Below are positions 26,830 through 39,685 of a stretch of DNA of 64,000 bases, piece after piece. The position numbers and the translations under genes were made by a program. Source of the stretch: Isurus oxyrinchus. Taxonomy: Eukaryota. Where the stretch lies: NCBI GenBank assembly GCA_026770705.1, contig JANJGN010000053.1, positions 3,162,001 through 3,226,000 on the forward strand, written 5' to 3'. The notes under the pieces are model-generated. The model worked only from the letters and a program-made list of their open reading frames with translations. It was not told the origin of the DNA and did no database searches. The first letter of the stretch is position 1. Each line of letters starts with the position of its first letter.

Positions 26830-27690
26830 CATAGATACCCGGGAGAGAGTTACAGACTGGAATCTAATCGAGGGGTTGGGGGTGGTTTATATACAGAATA
26901 ACAGATACCCGGGAGTGAGTTACAGACTGGAATCTAATCGAGGGGTTTGTGGGGTTTATATATAGAATAACAGATACCCCGGAGTGAGTTACAAACTGGA
27001 ATCTAATTGAGAAGTTCAGGAGGTTTATATATAGCATAACAGATACCTGGGAGTGAGTTACAGACTGGAATCTAATCGAGGGGTTTGTGGGGTTTATATA
27101 TGGAATAATAGACACCTGGGAGTGAGTTACAGACTGTAATCTAATCGAGGGGTTTGTGGGGTTTATATATAGAAAGTAGATACACGGGAGTGAGTTACAG
27201 ACTGGAATCTAATCGAGCGGTTTGTGGGGTTTATATATGGAATAATAGACACCTGGGAGTGAGTTACAGACTGTAATCTAATCGAGCGGTTTGTGGGGTT
27301 TATATATAGAATAATAGATACCCGGGAGCGAGTTACAGACTGGAATCTAATCGAGGGGTTTGTGGGGTTTATATATAGAATAATAGATACCTGGGAGTGA
27401 GTTTCAGACTGGAATCTAATCGAGGGGTTTGTGGGGTTTATATATAGAATAATAGATACCTGGGAGTGAGTTTCAGACTGGAATCTAATCGAGGGGTTTG
27501 TGGGGTTTATATATAGAATAATAGGTACCTGGGAGTGAGTTTCAGACTGGAATCTAATCGAGGGGTTTGTGGGGTTTATATATAGAATAATAGATACCCG
27601 GGAGTGAGTTACAGACTGGAATCTAATCGAGGGGTTCAGGGGGTTTATGTATAGAATAATAGATATCTGGGAATGAGTTAAGACTGGAAT
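26830..27690. repeat. 69-bp satellite A, second array
   Basis: About 12 tandem copies; the right flank (27705-27880) matches 18603-18780. Confidence 0.95.
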
Positions 27691-28099
27691 CCCGAACCGT
27701 TGAAAATATCATTTTTCTTGTCATGTGCTGAAGTGCAGGTTACAGAGGCTGATTCATGGAATGCGTAGTGTGAGTTTTTAACCAGCTTTATCCCAAATAT
27801 CAAATTGAATTTCTCCTTGGAACTATTTAGTGTTTTCTTAGACTTGACACAAATGGATAGGGATCTTTGGACACTCACTGTTCAGGGGCATTTTGTGTTG
27901 GGGAGGGAGGGAACAGAGGGGATGGCTCCAGACTGGGGCATTCACACGGGGAAGGTGGGGAGAGAGAGGCTTTCACAGCAGGTGTGGAGATAGGGAAAGT
28001 CACGGGATCCTGCTGTGTAAAACAATAAAACCCAGAGGCTGTCAGCTTTTCCTGAACTGCATCAGTGACCACACTTGGTAGAAATGGGGTAATGGAGGG

Positions 28100-28519
28100 N
28101 NNNNNNNNNNNNNNNNNNNNNNNNNNNNNNNNNNNNNNNNNNNNNNNNNNNNNNNNNNNNNNNNNNNNNNNNNNNNNNNNNNNNNNNNNNNNNNNNNNNN
28201 NNNNNNNNNNNNNNNNNNNNNNNNNNNNNNNNNNNNNNNNNNNNNNNNNNNNNNNNNNNNNNNNNNNNNNNNNNNNNNNNNNNNNNNNNNNNNNNNNNNN
28301 NNNNNNNNNNNNNNNNNNNNNNNNNNNNNNNNNNNNNNNNNNNNNNNNNNNNNNNNNNNNNNNNNNNNNNNNNNNNNNNNNNNNNNNNNNNNNNNNNNNN
28401 NNNNNNNNNNNNNNNNNNNNNNNNNNNNNNNNNNNNNNNNNNNNNNNNNNNNNNNNNNNNNNNNNNNNNNNNNNNNNNNNNNNNNNNNNNNNNNNNNNNN
28501 NNNNNNNNNNNNNNNNNNN
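28100..28519. other. assembly gap
   Basis: Run of N. Confidence 1.
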
Positions 28520-30754
28520 GGGAGAAAGGGTGAGAGGGAGAGGGAGAGAGGGAGAGGGCCTGAAATGAGAACCCGGAGCCTGTGTGAAGGTTTATTCTTC
28601 ACCCCCAGAACCATGTCGCTGTGTGTTAGACAGGCCGGGCCACGGGCTTTCCTGGGTTAAATGGAAGGGGCAGCAGCCATTTTTATGGAGTTTAATGTAG
28701 ATGTGAGGGTGCAGACTGGTGGTGAGGGTGGGGAGAGAGCAGCCCCCCAGTCTCTGTCTCTCCAGCTTGTTCTCTCTCTCTCTCTCTCTCTCCAGCCAAT
28801 TCTCTCCATATTTCATCTTCCAATAAAATGTCTAAAAACACCAATGTGATTTGTCGTTACTTTAATTGGGGGTGGCGGAGGGTGTTTGGGGGGGAGAGAG
28901 GGGGTGGGGCCCATTCCCCACTCACTGTCCCAAAATCCTCAGCTAATACATTTATAACTGGTCACCAGCAGGTGAGGAGTGGGATCTTGCTGTGTACACA
29001 TGGTCTCCACTCCCCCAACCCACCACCCCCCCCCCCCCCCCCGCCCTGATGGGGGCAGAGAGAGAGAGAAAGAGAAAAAGAATGAGGAGACAGTTTGACA
29101 GAGAGGGGGTGGGGGAGTTGGGGTCTCAGGGGCTGGGGAAGGAGACACAGGATCTGGGGGTGTCCCCCTCCATTGTGGGAGCGCTCGTGGGATCCTGCTG
29201 TGCAGAATTGCCTTAACAGTCTCTCAGTCTGTTTTAGCCTCTGGTTTATAACTGAGATAAACTGTATTTGGATGTTGCTAAGAGATTGTGTAACGGTGAA
29301 GGGCTCTGCACTGTCTTAGTCTCTCTCCAACTTTCTCCTCTCTCTCTCTCTCTCTCTCTCTCTGTGTTGAAACACTTCCCCATTTAAAAAGTGCCTGGCA
29401 GAGCTGGCTGCACCCTGTGGGATCTTGCTTTGCACAAATTGCCTGCAGTGTTCCATACTGTGCCACGAGTTAATTTATTAAAAATGTGCTGATTGGACTA
29501 ATTTCCTGTCCCTCAGGAGCCTTTTCCCAAATCCAAACTGTGAGAGTGTGTAAAAGATTGTGCTAATTCCTGAATAATGCTGGGGGTTTCAGGCAGGGAG
29601 GGCCATGAATTAGGAGATGGAGCAGCCATTTTGAATTCAGTCTCTCTAGGATGTGTCCCTACGTTACAACAGAGAGAGAGGAGAGAGAGAGCGGGTAGAG
29701 TGAGGGAAACAGGAAAAGACAGTGAAACAGAGGCAGGGGGCTGGGGCTGAGGAAGAGACACAGGGTCTGGGGGGGGGGGGGGGGTGGGTTTTAGGGGAGG
29801 GGGCCTCCAGTGTGGAGTCAGTGCCCAGCTCCCGGTCTCTGCAGAAAAAGCCTCAGTCACAGCCTCCTGGGGACGCCTGGTTTGTAAAAATCGATGCTGG
29901 GACAGAGATTTCAAAAAGTCTCACCCAGGAAGCAGCAGCTTGTTCCCGGTTTGAAGAGAGAGAGTTTAGGCCTTTCTGAGGATGTGTCCAGACTCAGAGC
30001 ACACACGGTGCACGGGGGGGTGGGGGGAGAAACAGGGGAAGAGGGAGGATTACAGCAGGCATGAGGCTGGGGAAGGAAATGTGTCTTCCTGTTCCCATCC
30101 AGATAGCATCACATTGCTGCCTGTGGGATCCCCCTGTGCTGAAACGGCCTGCAGCTTTTCCTGAACTGCAACAGGGACCACTCGACGTTAAACAGAAACC
30201 AGTTCATTGACTGTCATTCAAACGAAAAAGCCCTGATCCTGGGTCAAGGGCTTGTTCTAAACTCCAGGATTGTCTTTGTGGGAGTTTGAGGGTTTCTGGG
30301 GGAGGGAGTGGAACTTCCTCTCTCTGTCACTCCAGCTTTCTCTCTCCCTCTCTCTTTCCAGACATTTATTTTCTCTGCTTCATCTTGTAGTAAACTGACA
30401 GGAAACTCATAATGTGATTTGTCATTATTTGAATTGGGGGGTTAAGGGTTAGTGGGTTCCCATTTCCCTCTCACTCCTTCCAGCCCTGTCTGGAGGTTTG
30501 GGCTGAGCTGTGGAGGGAGAGCAATGTTGTGTAGACTGGGGCCTGTTCCTGTCCCTGAGCGTTAATGCAGCCTCTGTGACTAGGCCCAATTGACCCGGCC
30601 TCATTTCAGGCCCCCTCGGGAGGGGCTGTGCATTGTCTGAACTTTCCAATAAGGCCTGTGTTTTTAGGCCATGAATGTGACGGTGAAAACGAATGTGACG
30701 GTGAAACAAAATGTGCAGCAGCCTCTGGAATTCATTTGATCTGAGGATGTGATT

Positions 30755-31334
30755 GTGCATTTTCCTGCTGTCTCTCTCTCTCTCTCTCTCGATTGTGAGT
30801 TATCAGGGAGGGAGGGAGAGAGAAAGGGGAGAGGGAGGGAAACAGGGAGAGAGAGGTCAGGGAGGGAAGAGACGAGGATCTGGGGGTCTCCGGCGTGCAG
30901 TCACTGCCCAGCTCCCAGCCTCTGGAGAGTAGACCCTCACTACCTGCCTGTCAGAATGCTGGATCTGTGAAAAGAAACTGTGTCACTGAGGGCCAGTTTG
31001 TGCTGTTTTATTGAAAGTTAAGTCCCTGCTTTCAATTTTTCATCTTTTCTCAAGTTAAAACACTTGGACCTGACTGTGAGAAGGATGCAGTGTGTGTGGG
31101 ATCTTTCTGTACGCAAATACTACCAGGGTTTCCTGAATGACCAGCAGGGAGCACACTTTGTAAATTAATTCTCTGACTGGTGAAGCAGGTGGGAGGGCCT
31201 GAAGTGAAACTTGTTCACGTGAGGCTGTTTCCCCGAATAATGCTGCTGTTTTAGACACTGCGATGAATTGAGACTTGAATGAAATGTGCAGGAACCATTT
31301 TGAATTGAGTTTATTGAGGCCCTGACTGTGGTTT

Positions 31335-31375
<41 letters not shown>

Positions 31376-32030
31376 CTCCATATTCTGGCATGTGAGAAAC
31401 AGAGAGAGAGGGAGGTGGGAAAGAGGATAGATTGAGGGAAATATTGAGTGGGGAGGTAACAGATGGAAGGAGGGGCCGTTATGAGGGAGACACAAAATCT
31501 GGGTTTTCTCCAGTGTGGTCATGTCCTTCGTAGAGCTGTTTGTGGGATCCTGCTGTGCACTGCAATTGTAAACATTGATGTATTGATTCTCTAATGTTTG
31601 AGCCCCTTGAATTGAATGTCTAAATGTGATGCTGTGCTTGTTAGTTTGATATTGTTTAGAGGTAGATTAGCCTTTTCTGGGAGTGAGGAGCAGGGTAGGA
31701 TACGGCTAACATTACCTGGCTTGTGGGATCTTGCTGTGCTTCTCTGGCCTGCAGCCTGCAACCATGGTTACCCTCCGCGAGTTCAGTTCAGTGACGGGCT
31801 GATTGAGGATTGTTCCCATTTCTCCCCCGCCATTTCTCTCGGTAAATCATGGATAAATATAAAAGATGGCCACAGTGCATTATTATTTCAAATGGTCAGA
31901 CAGAAGCTTTTCAGAGGGCCTTTCAATCAAGTTCCATCCTGAGGAAGGGAAAAAGAACAGAGATAGCGACAGATTATCAAGTGGGAGAGAGAGAGAGGGA
32001 AAGATGGGCAGGGATGGGCTGGGCTGGAAC
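30755..32030 (+). repeat. segmental duplication, copy 1 (copy 2 at 34735-36155)
   Basis: Long collinear near-identity starting TTTTCCTGCT..(TC)n..GATTGTGAGTTATCAGGGAGGG. Copy 2 has about 180 extra bp near 35625-35805. Confidence 0.9.
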
Positions 32031-32145
32031 CTGGAGCTGGAGTCTGTATACAGCTCACTCAGGATAAATGTGGATCAGGATATTCCCAAACCAGTCCCAA
32101 ACCAACAAACCCCCTGTACCCTCTCTCTCTGGAGAGAGTGACCAG

Positions 32146-32327
32146 NNNNNNNNNNNNNNNNNNNNNNNNNNNNNNNNNNNNNNNNNNNNNNNNNNNNNNN
32201 NNNNNNNNNNNNNNNNNNNNNNNNNNNNNNNNNNNNNNNNNNNNNNNNNNNNNNNNNNNNNNNNNNNNNNNNNNNNNNNNNNNNNNNNNNNNNNNNNNNN
32301 NNNNNNNNNNNNNNNNNNNNNNNNNNN
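32146..32327. other. assembly gap
   Basis: Run of N. Confidence 1.
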
Positions 32328-34734
32328 TTTCAAACTGTGATTTGTTTGTGTTGGAAAGTTGCTGAGAAATTGACTTGAGAGTGGGAAACTCTGGGATCTT
32401 GCTGTGCTATTTTGTTTTATTTAAAAATGTCCTTGCTTTTGTCTTTTTGAACAATTTTATCTCTTTTTCTCCTGAGAAATTTGTATTCTGTAAACTGGAC
32501 GGTGAGGATCCAAATAGGGAAAGTCTGGGACAAGGACAAGGAGCTTCTTCCAGAGAGGGATAGACTGAGGCCTGGTCCACAGGCTTCACCCACCTGTGTT
32601 GTGTCTGTTTATTTACCCAACCGAGGTTTAATTTCCATATCTGAGAGACAGAGAGTGAGTGAGTGAGGGGGACACAGATGTGAGTGAGATGTGAAGTGAG
32701 ATACAGAGAGAAACACAGGGGGCGGGGAAGGTCTCTCAATCTGTTTTAGCCTCGGGTTTATATCTGGGATATTTTTGTATTTGGATGTTGCTAAGAGATT
32801 GTGTAACTGTGAAGCTGGTGGGGGTGTGGGGCGGGGAGGTGGGGGGTGGAATCCTGGGCTCTTGCTGTGCTATTTTGTTTAGAAATGTTCTTGCTTTGTG
32901 TTTGAATCAATTCTTTTCCCTCTCTCTTTTCCCCAGGAATTTGGAGTTTAAAGACTGCAATGTGACTATGAATCCATGGGCAGGAGCTTTTCCCCAGCTT
33001 GGATGGATGGACTCAGGCCCGTTCCACACCCCCCACCCACCCACGTGAGTTGTGTCTCTTTATGGCCCCGAGGTTTAATTTTAATCTCGGCGGAACCCTA
33101 TTTTTTGGGTCATCGATGAAGCGGTTTCTGGTAGATGATGGGCTGCTGGAATTTGAAACCCTGGGGTTAAAATATCCCGGCTTGCAATTAGTCACAAACA
33201 CATTAACCCTTTGGTGTGTGACAAAGAGGAGATTAAAAATCTGAAATCTGAAGCTGTCTAAAAGCTTGTTATAATTCCAAAATAAGACAGGTGGGGAGAC
33301 AATGCGATGAAGCAGACTGTTCAAGCAGATTCACATTGGTCTTTACAGTTCAGTTTACTGAGGTTCTGACTTTAGATTTACCTTCTCTCTCTCTCTCTCT
33401 CCAGCATTGTTTCTCTCTGTCTATCCCTCTCTCTCTCTCAGGGGATGTGGGAAAGAGAGACAGGGTCTGAGTGTCTCCAGTGTGTACTCACTGGCCACCT
33501 CCACTCACACCCTCTGAGGTAGAATGAGATGTAAAAATAAATCCTGGGACGGTAATTTTAAATACTATCCCAAAGGAATGAGCAGCCCCTTCCCAAACTG
33601 AAAGAGGGAGTTTAGCACCTTCTGGAGACTGATGGGGGTGAACGGGGGAACCATTTTAATCAGTGTTTACAGCTTCTGTATGTGGGTTTGTCTCTCTCTC
33701 TCTCTCCCTCTCTCCATCCCCCCGAATGGACGGAGAGAGATAGTGATGGAGAGAGGGAGGGAGAGCAAAACAGGAACAGTTCAGGGTGTGGAGTTGGGGT
33801 AGGGAGGGGAGGGGGGTGGTGAAGAGACACAGGGACAAAGTGGGTTTGGGGGAGGAGTCTCCAGTGTAAGGTCACTGCCCAGCTCCCACTCAGATCCTTG
33901 CAGAAAGTGTGACGTTCAGAGAGAAATCCCTGCTTGGTGATCAGTTTAAAAAGCTTCCTCCGTTTCGAGAGGGAGTTTAACCCTTGCTGGGGACTGAAGG
34001 GGATGTCTCCAGACTTGGGAGGAGGGGTGGGGTATCCACACCCACATGGTGGGCTGGGGGGGGTGGTGGGGGGTTTGGTGGGGAGAAGAAGGGGGTTTGC
34101 AGTAGGTGTGGTGGAAGGGGTGAGGGGGTAGGTGGTGTGGGGAGGGAGAAGGGCTGTTTCCCATCTGGAAATGTTTAGATTGCTGGTAATGGGATCTTGC
34201 TGTGCACACAGTGGTCTGGGCCTCTGCCCACACAACACTTTTTGTTTGAAACTATTAATTTACGGACAACGAAACAGGTGCCAAGGGCTCGAATTAAACA
34301 TCTTAAACTTGAAAGTGGCGAGGGGGAGGGTGTGTGGGCAGAGTAGAAGGGGGGGGGGGGTGGTGGATAATGAATCCTTTCCACAGGCCACTGGGTGCAT
34401 TGTCAGCTTTTATCACATTGCCGCTTGTGGGATCGCACTGTGCAGCCAATGGGCTGCTGTCAGTGTCACAACAATCGTGCAGAGAGAGAGAGAGAAACCC
34501 ACATTCAGAAACTCCCGGAGAACTCCATTTCAAAAGTGCCACCATTTTGGGATCTTCCTGTGTACAATTCACCCCCCCCCCCCCTCCCCAAAACGACAGC
34601 ACTTTAAAAAATGAATCCGTGCCTGTGAAGCATTCTCGATGGGCGGGAATGGAAGTCCTTAACTTGGAGCCGGGTGTGATGGGGGAATAAAGCTTGTGTT
34701 GGAGGCAGAGGGATGAACGTGAGGGTGAAATAAG

Positions 34735-36155
34735 ATGCGTTTTCCTGCTTTCTCTCTCTCTCTCTCTCTCTCTCTCGATTGTGAGTTATCAGGGAGGGAG
34801 GGAGAGAGAAAGGGGAGAGGGAGGGAAACAGGGAGAGAGAGGTCAGGGAGGGAAGAGACGAGGATCTGGGGGTCTCCGGCGTGCAGTCACTGCCCAGCTC
34901 CCAGCCTCTGGAGAGTAGACCCTCACTACCTGACTGTCAGAATGTTGGATCTGGGAAAAGAAACTCTGTCACTGAGGGCCGGTCTGTGCTGTTTTATTGA
35001 AAGGTAAGTCCCTGCTTTAAATTTTTCATCAGTTCTCAACCTAAAACACTTGGCACTGACTGTGAGAAGGATGCAGAGTGTGTGGGATCTTTCTGTGTGC
35101 AAATACCAAACAGGGTTTCCTGAATAACCAGCAGGGAGCACACTTTGTAAATTTATTCCCCGACTGGTGAAGCAGGCGGGAGGGCCTGAAGTGAAACTTG
35201 TTCACGTGAGGCTGTTTCCCCGAATAATGCTGCTGTTTTAGACACTGCGATGAATTGAGGCTTGAATGAAATGTTCGGGAACCATTTTGAATTGAGTTTA
35301 TTGAGGCCCTGACTGTGGTTTTCTCTATCTCTCTCTCTCTGCCTATCCATATTCTGGCATGTGAGAAACAGAAAGAGTGAGAGGGAGAGGTGGGAAAGAG
35401 GGGAGATGGAGGGAAATAGAGTGTGGAGGGAGAACAGATTGGGAGAGGGGTCATTATGAGAGAGAGAGACCGGCAGACAGACAGGATCTGGGGTTTCTCC
35501 AGTGTGGCGTTGTCCCTCGTGGGGCTGTTTGTGGGATCCTGCTGTGCACTGCTATTGTAAACATTGATGTGTTGACTTTCCAATGTTTCTGAGGCCCTGG
35601 AATTGACCTTCTAAATGTGACATGGTGTAAAGATTTGTTATTTGTAGATTATTTATTTATTATTATATTTGCTGTGTTGAAGGCCAGATGGTGAATTGGA
35701 CGGTCAGGGGTTGGGAGCAGAGGGGTTGAATTCCACTCACTGATTTCTCTGAAGGCTTCAAACACTTTGCAAAATAATCAGCTCCCACCCCTGCTCCCAG
35801 TTTTAAAGAGGGAGATTAGCCTTTTCTGGGGGAGGGGAGTAAGGGGAGCTGACTGACATCACCTTGCTTGTGGGATCTTGCTGTGCGTAATTGGCCTGCA
35901 GCCTGTCCTGCACTGCGACCGTGGCTGCCCTCCCCAAATTCAGTTCACTGACGGGCTGATTGAGGATTGCTCCCATTTCCTCTCCCCATCATTTCTGTGT
36001 GTAAATCATCGATAAATATTAAACATGACCACAGTGCATCATTATTTAAAAAGGTGAGACAGAAACTTTCCAGAGTGTATTTCAATCAAGATCGATCCCG
36101 AGGAAGAGAAGGGAAACAGAGATAGAGACGGGTTATTGAGCAGGAGAGCGGGAAA
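34735..36155 (+). repeat. segmental duplication, copy 2
   Basis: See 30755-32030. Confidence 0.9.
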
Positions 36156-37254
36156 GATGGAGCAGAGTTGAGGGGAGGCTAGATAGGTACACGGAGAGGG
36201 ACAGAGAAACAGAGCGAGAGAGAGAGGGAGAGAGGGGGAGAGCAACAGAGCGAGAGAGAGAGGGAGAGAGAACCAGAGCGAGAGAGAGCGAGAGAGAGGT
36301 AGAGAGGGGGAGAGGTGACAGTGTTAGAAGTGGAAAGTTCAATATGAATATTTAGTGTGCAAACAGCAGCAGCCCTGGAGTGAGCAGGTGGAGGGGGTGG
36401 GGGCAGTGAATGGGAGAGGGGCAGTGAGGTGAGAATGATCAGTGTTTGTGCATCTTCATCTGATTTGGAATCTTTTGCCCCCAGTGTCTGGGTTTAATAA
36501 CAGGAGATGTGTGTATAAAATGTTTCCCTCACTTCACCCCACTAACCGAGATTGTGGAGGTGAGTGAGAGGAGTCCTGGGATCTTGCTGTGTTTTTTTTG
36601 TTTCAATAATCTTTGCTTTATTTTATTCAATTTCCATTCCTCTCTCTCTCTCTCCCCCAGGGAGAATGGATTTGGAAGCTGCAGCTTCAGACGATGCAGA
36701 GAGGGAATCATTTCACAGTCAGGAGTCCTCGGACAGGAGCTATATCCAGAGAGAAAAATAAATACCAATGTATCTGTGTTTTTATCCCTCATTCTTCTAC
36801 CCAGAGAAGGGACGTGTGGAACGTTCACACCGACGACTGGGGTCAGTGTCGCGTGGTTGGGGAATGGGGGTGTTACTCAGGGGGATCCAGGATGAGACAC
36901 GGTGCTGCAGAGAGTCTAATATAATCCCATCGAGTCCAATCCCTCCACCTCTTCCTGCCCCTCTATCTCTGCTCCTCCCTCCATGTTCCTCACTCTAACC
37001 CCACATCTCTCTTTCCACCCCCATCTCTCCGTGCGCTTCGTACCTCGGCCTCTCTGAATTGTGACAAGTTTCCCTTTATATCTCTTCCTACAAATCTCTC
37101 TGTATCTCTCTCTCCGAAACTTTGTCACTCTGTTCTTTCCAATCTCCCACCCCCACCGTGTCCTCTATTTCTCTCTACATCTCACGCTGTCTCTCAGCCT
37201 CTCAATCTCTTTCTGTCTCTGCGTGGATCTTTCTTTTCATCTACATCACAGCAG

Positions 37255-37745
37255 CCTCTCTGTCTGCCAATCTCTCACTCTCTCTGTCTGCCAATCTCTC
37301 ACTCTCTCTGTCTGCCCATCTCTCTCGCTCTCTCTGTCTGCCCATCTCTCTCACTCTCTCTGTCTGCCCATCTCTCTCGCTCTCTCTGTCTGCCCATCTC
37401 TCTCGCTCTCTCTGTCTGCCCATCTCTCTCACTCTCTCTGTCTGCCCATCTCTCTCGCACTCTCTGTCTGCCCACCTCTCACTCTCTCTGTCTGCCCATC
37501 TCTCTCGCTCTCTCTGTCTGCCCATCTCTCTCGCACTCTCTGTCTGCCCATCTCTCTCACTCTCTCTGTCTGCCCATCTCTCTCGCTCTCTCTGTCTGCC
37601 CATCTCTCTCGCTCTCTCTGTCTGCCCATCTCTCTCACTCTCTGTCTGCCCAGCTCTCTCGCTCTTTCTGTCTACCCATCTCTCTCGCTCTCTCTGTCTG
37701 CCCATCTCTCTCACACTCTCTGTCTGCCCACCTCTCGCTCTGTCT
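37255..37745. repeat. pyrimidine-rich minisatellite (CTCTCTGTCTGCCCATCTCTCTCG/A)n
   Basis: About 19 copies of a 24-28-bp unit. Confidence 0.95.
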
Positions 37746-38469
37746 GAATTAGAGAGAGAGGGGGGGAATTAGCGAGAAAGAGGGGGAATTAGCTAGAGAG
37801 AGGGGAAAACTTGAGGGAGTAATTAAGAGAGAGGGGGGAAATTTGAGGGAGTAATTAGACAGGGGGAAATTAGACATGGAAGGGGGAATTAGAGGTGGAA
37901 ATGTAGGGAAGGGTTTAAAGAGATGGTGGTGGGAGTCAGACAGAGAGAAGGCAATTAGACAGAGAGAGTAGGATGGAAGCGACAGGGGAGATGGACTGGA
38001 GGGTGGGGAAAGAGATAGACAGGGAGAGAGGAGGAGACAGGAAGAGGGGGGGTTGGACTGATAGGGGAGTTTGGCAGAGAGAGGTGAGTAATTAAACAGA
38101 GAGGGGGAATTAGAGGGAGAGGGAGGTGGAGTTAGGCAGAGAGGTGGGAGTTAGGCAGAGAGGAGGTAATTAGAAAGGGGGAGTTAGATGGGGTTATAGA
38201 CAGGGTGTGGGAGTCAGAGAGAGAGGGTGGGGGCAAAATAGACAGAGAGAGGAGGCAGATGGGAAAGAGAGGGCAGAGATAGACTGAGGGGAGGGGGGGG
38301 GGGAGAGAAGGACAGAGAGGGAAGCGCTGGAGAGAGATGGGGCAGTCCGACAAGAGGAGAGTTGGTGGAGTTAGGGAGAGGGGAGTTAGGAGGCAGGATT
38401 AGGGAACGAGAGGGTGGGAGGGAGATGGACAGAGAGAGAGGAAATTGTGTGGAAGGGGAAAAGGCAAAA

Positions 38470-39685
38470 AGTTCAGGTGGGTAATTTTGGGGGAAAATTT
38501 GTTGGGGGGGGGAGTGCAGAGGAAATTCTGGGGGGGGACTAAATTTGTTGGGGCGGGAAAAATTGCTGTGGAAATTTTTTGAGGGGGGTGTGGGCTGTGA
38601 TTTGGAGGGGGATAATTTGCAGGGCTGAATAATTTGCAGGGGAGGGAGAACATTTTTTGGGGGGGAGGAAGTTTGCAGGTGGAATAACCTGTGATGGGGC
38701 TTAATTTGCAGGGGGGAAATAAACTGTGCAGGGAAAAATTTGATGGGGGGGGGGAAATTGCGGGTGTTGGGTGGAGAATTCCTGGGGGGGGGGGAGAAAT
38801 ATTTGCGGGCCCGATATCTGCAGGGGGAACAATTTGCAAGGGGGGAAATTTGCGGGGTGGAAAATTTCAGGGGGGGGCGAACTTGCATGGGGGGAGAAAT
38901 ATTTGCAAGGCAGGGATGAACAGGGGGAACAATTTGCGGGAGGAACAATGCGCAGAGGGGAAAATTTGCGGGGGTAAATTACGGGGGGGAATTCATGGGG
39001 GGGATTTGCGGGGGGGAAAATTTGTGGTGGGGGAAATTTGTGGGGGAGCGGGAAATTGTGGGGGAAATTTGCAGTGGGGGGAAATTTGCGGGGGGAAGGT
39101 TTGTGGGGGGAACTTGCAGGGGTGGGAATTTGCAAGGCGGAAATTTGCGGCGGGGAGAAATTTGTGGGGGGAATGATTTTGGGTGGGAAATTTGCGTGGG
39201 AAAAATTTGCGGGGGGAAATTTGCTTTGGGGACAATTTACGGGGGGGATTTGCGGGGGGAATTGGGGGGGAATTTGTGGGGAGGGAATTTGCGGGGGAGG
39301 AATTTGCGGGGGAGAAAACTGTGGGGGGAAATATGCGGGGGAGAAACTTGCAGGGCAGAAATTTGCAGGGGGGGAAATTTACGAGGGGGATAATATGCGG
39401 GGGGGGGAAATTTGCAGAGGGAAAATTTTGCGGGGGGATTTTTGCGGTGGGGAATTTTGCGGGGAGGGGAATATGCAGGGTGAAAATTTGCGGTGGGAGA
39501 ATTTGCGGGGTGGAAAATTTGCAGGGGGAAATATTTGTGGCGGGAAAATTTGTGGGGGGGAATTTGCGGCAGGGAGAAATTTGCAGGGGGGGAGAAAATT
39601 GCAGGGGGGAGAAATTTGCAGGGGGGAAATCTGCGGGGGGAAATTTGCAGGGGGAATTTGCGGGGGGGCCAAATTTAGGGGGAGG
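38470..39685 (+). repeat. G-rich degenerate array (G3-8 AAATTTGC)n
   Basis: Dozens of GGGGGGAAATTTGC(A/G) units with extreme G skew on the plus strand. Confidence 0.9.

Noticed and set aside
13820-27690. CRISPR-like appearance of the 30-bp palindromic and 69-bp arrays
   Set aside because: Units are head to tail with no unique spacers, there are no cas genes, and the context is vertebrate.
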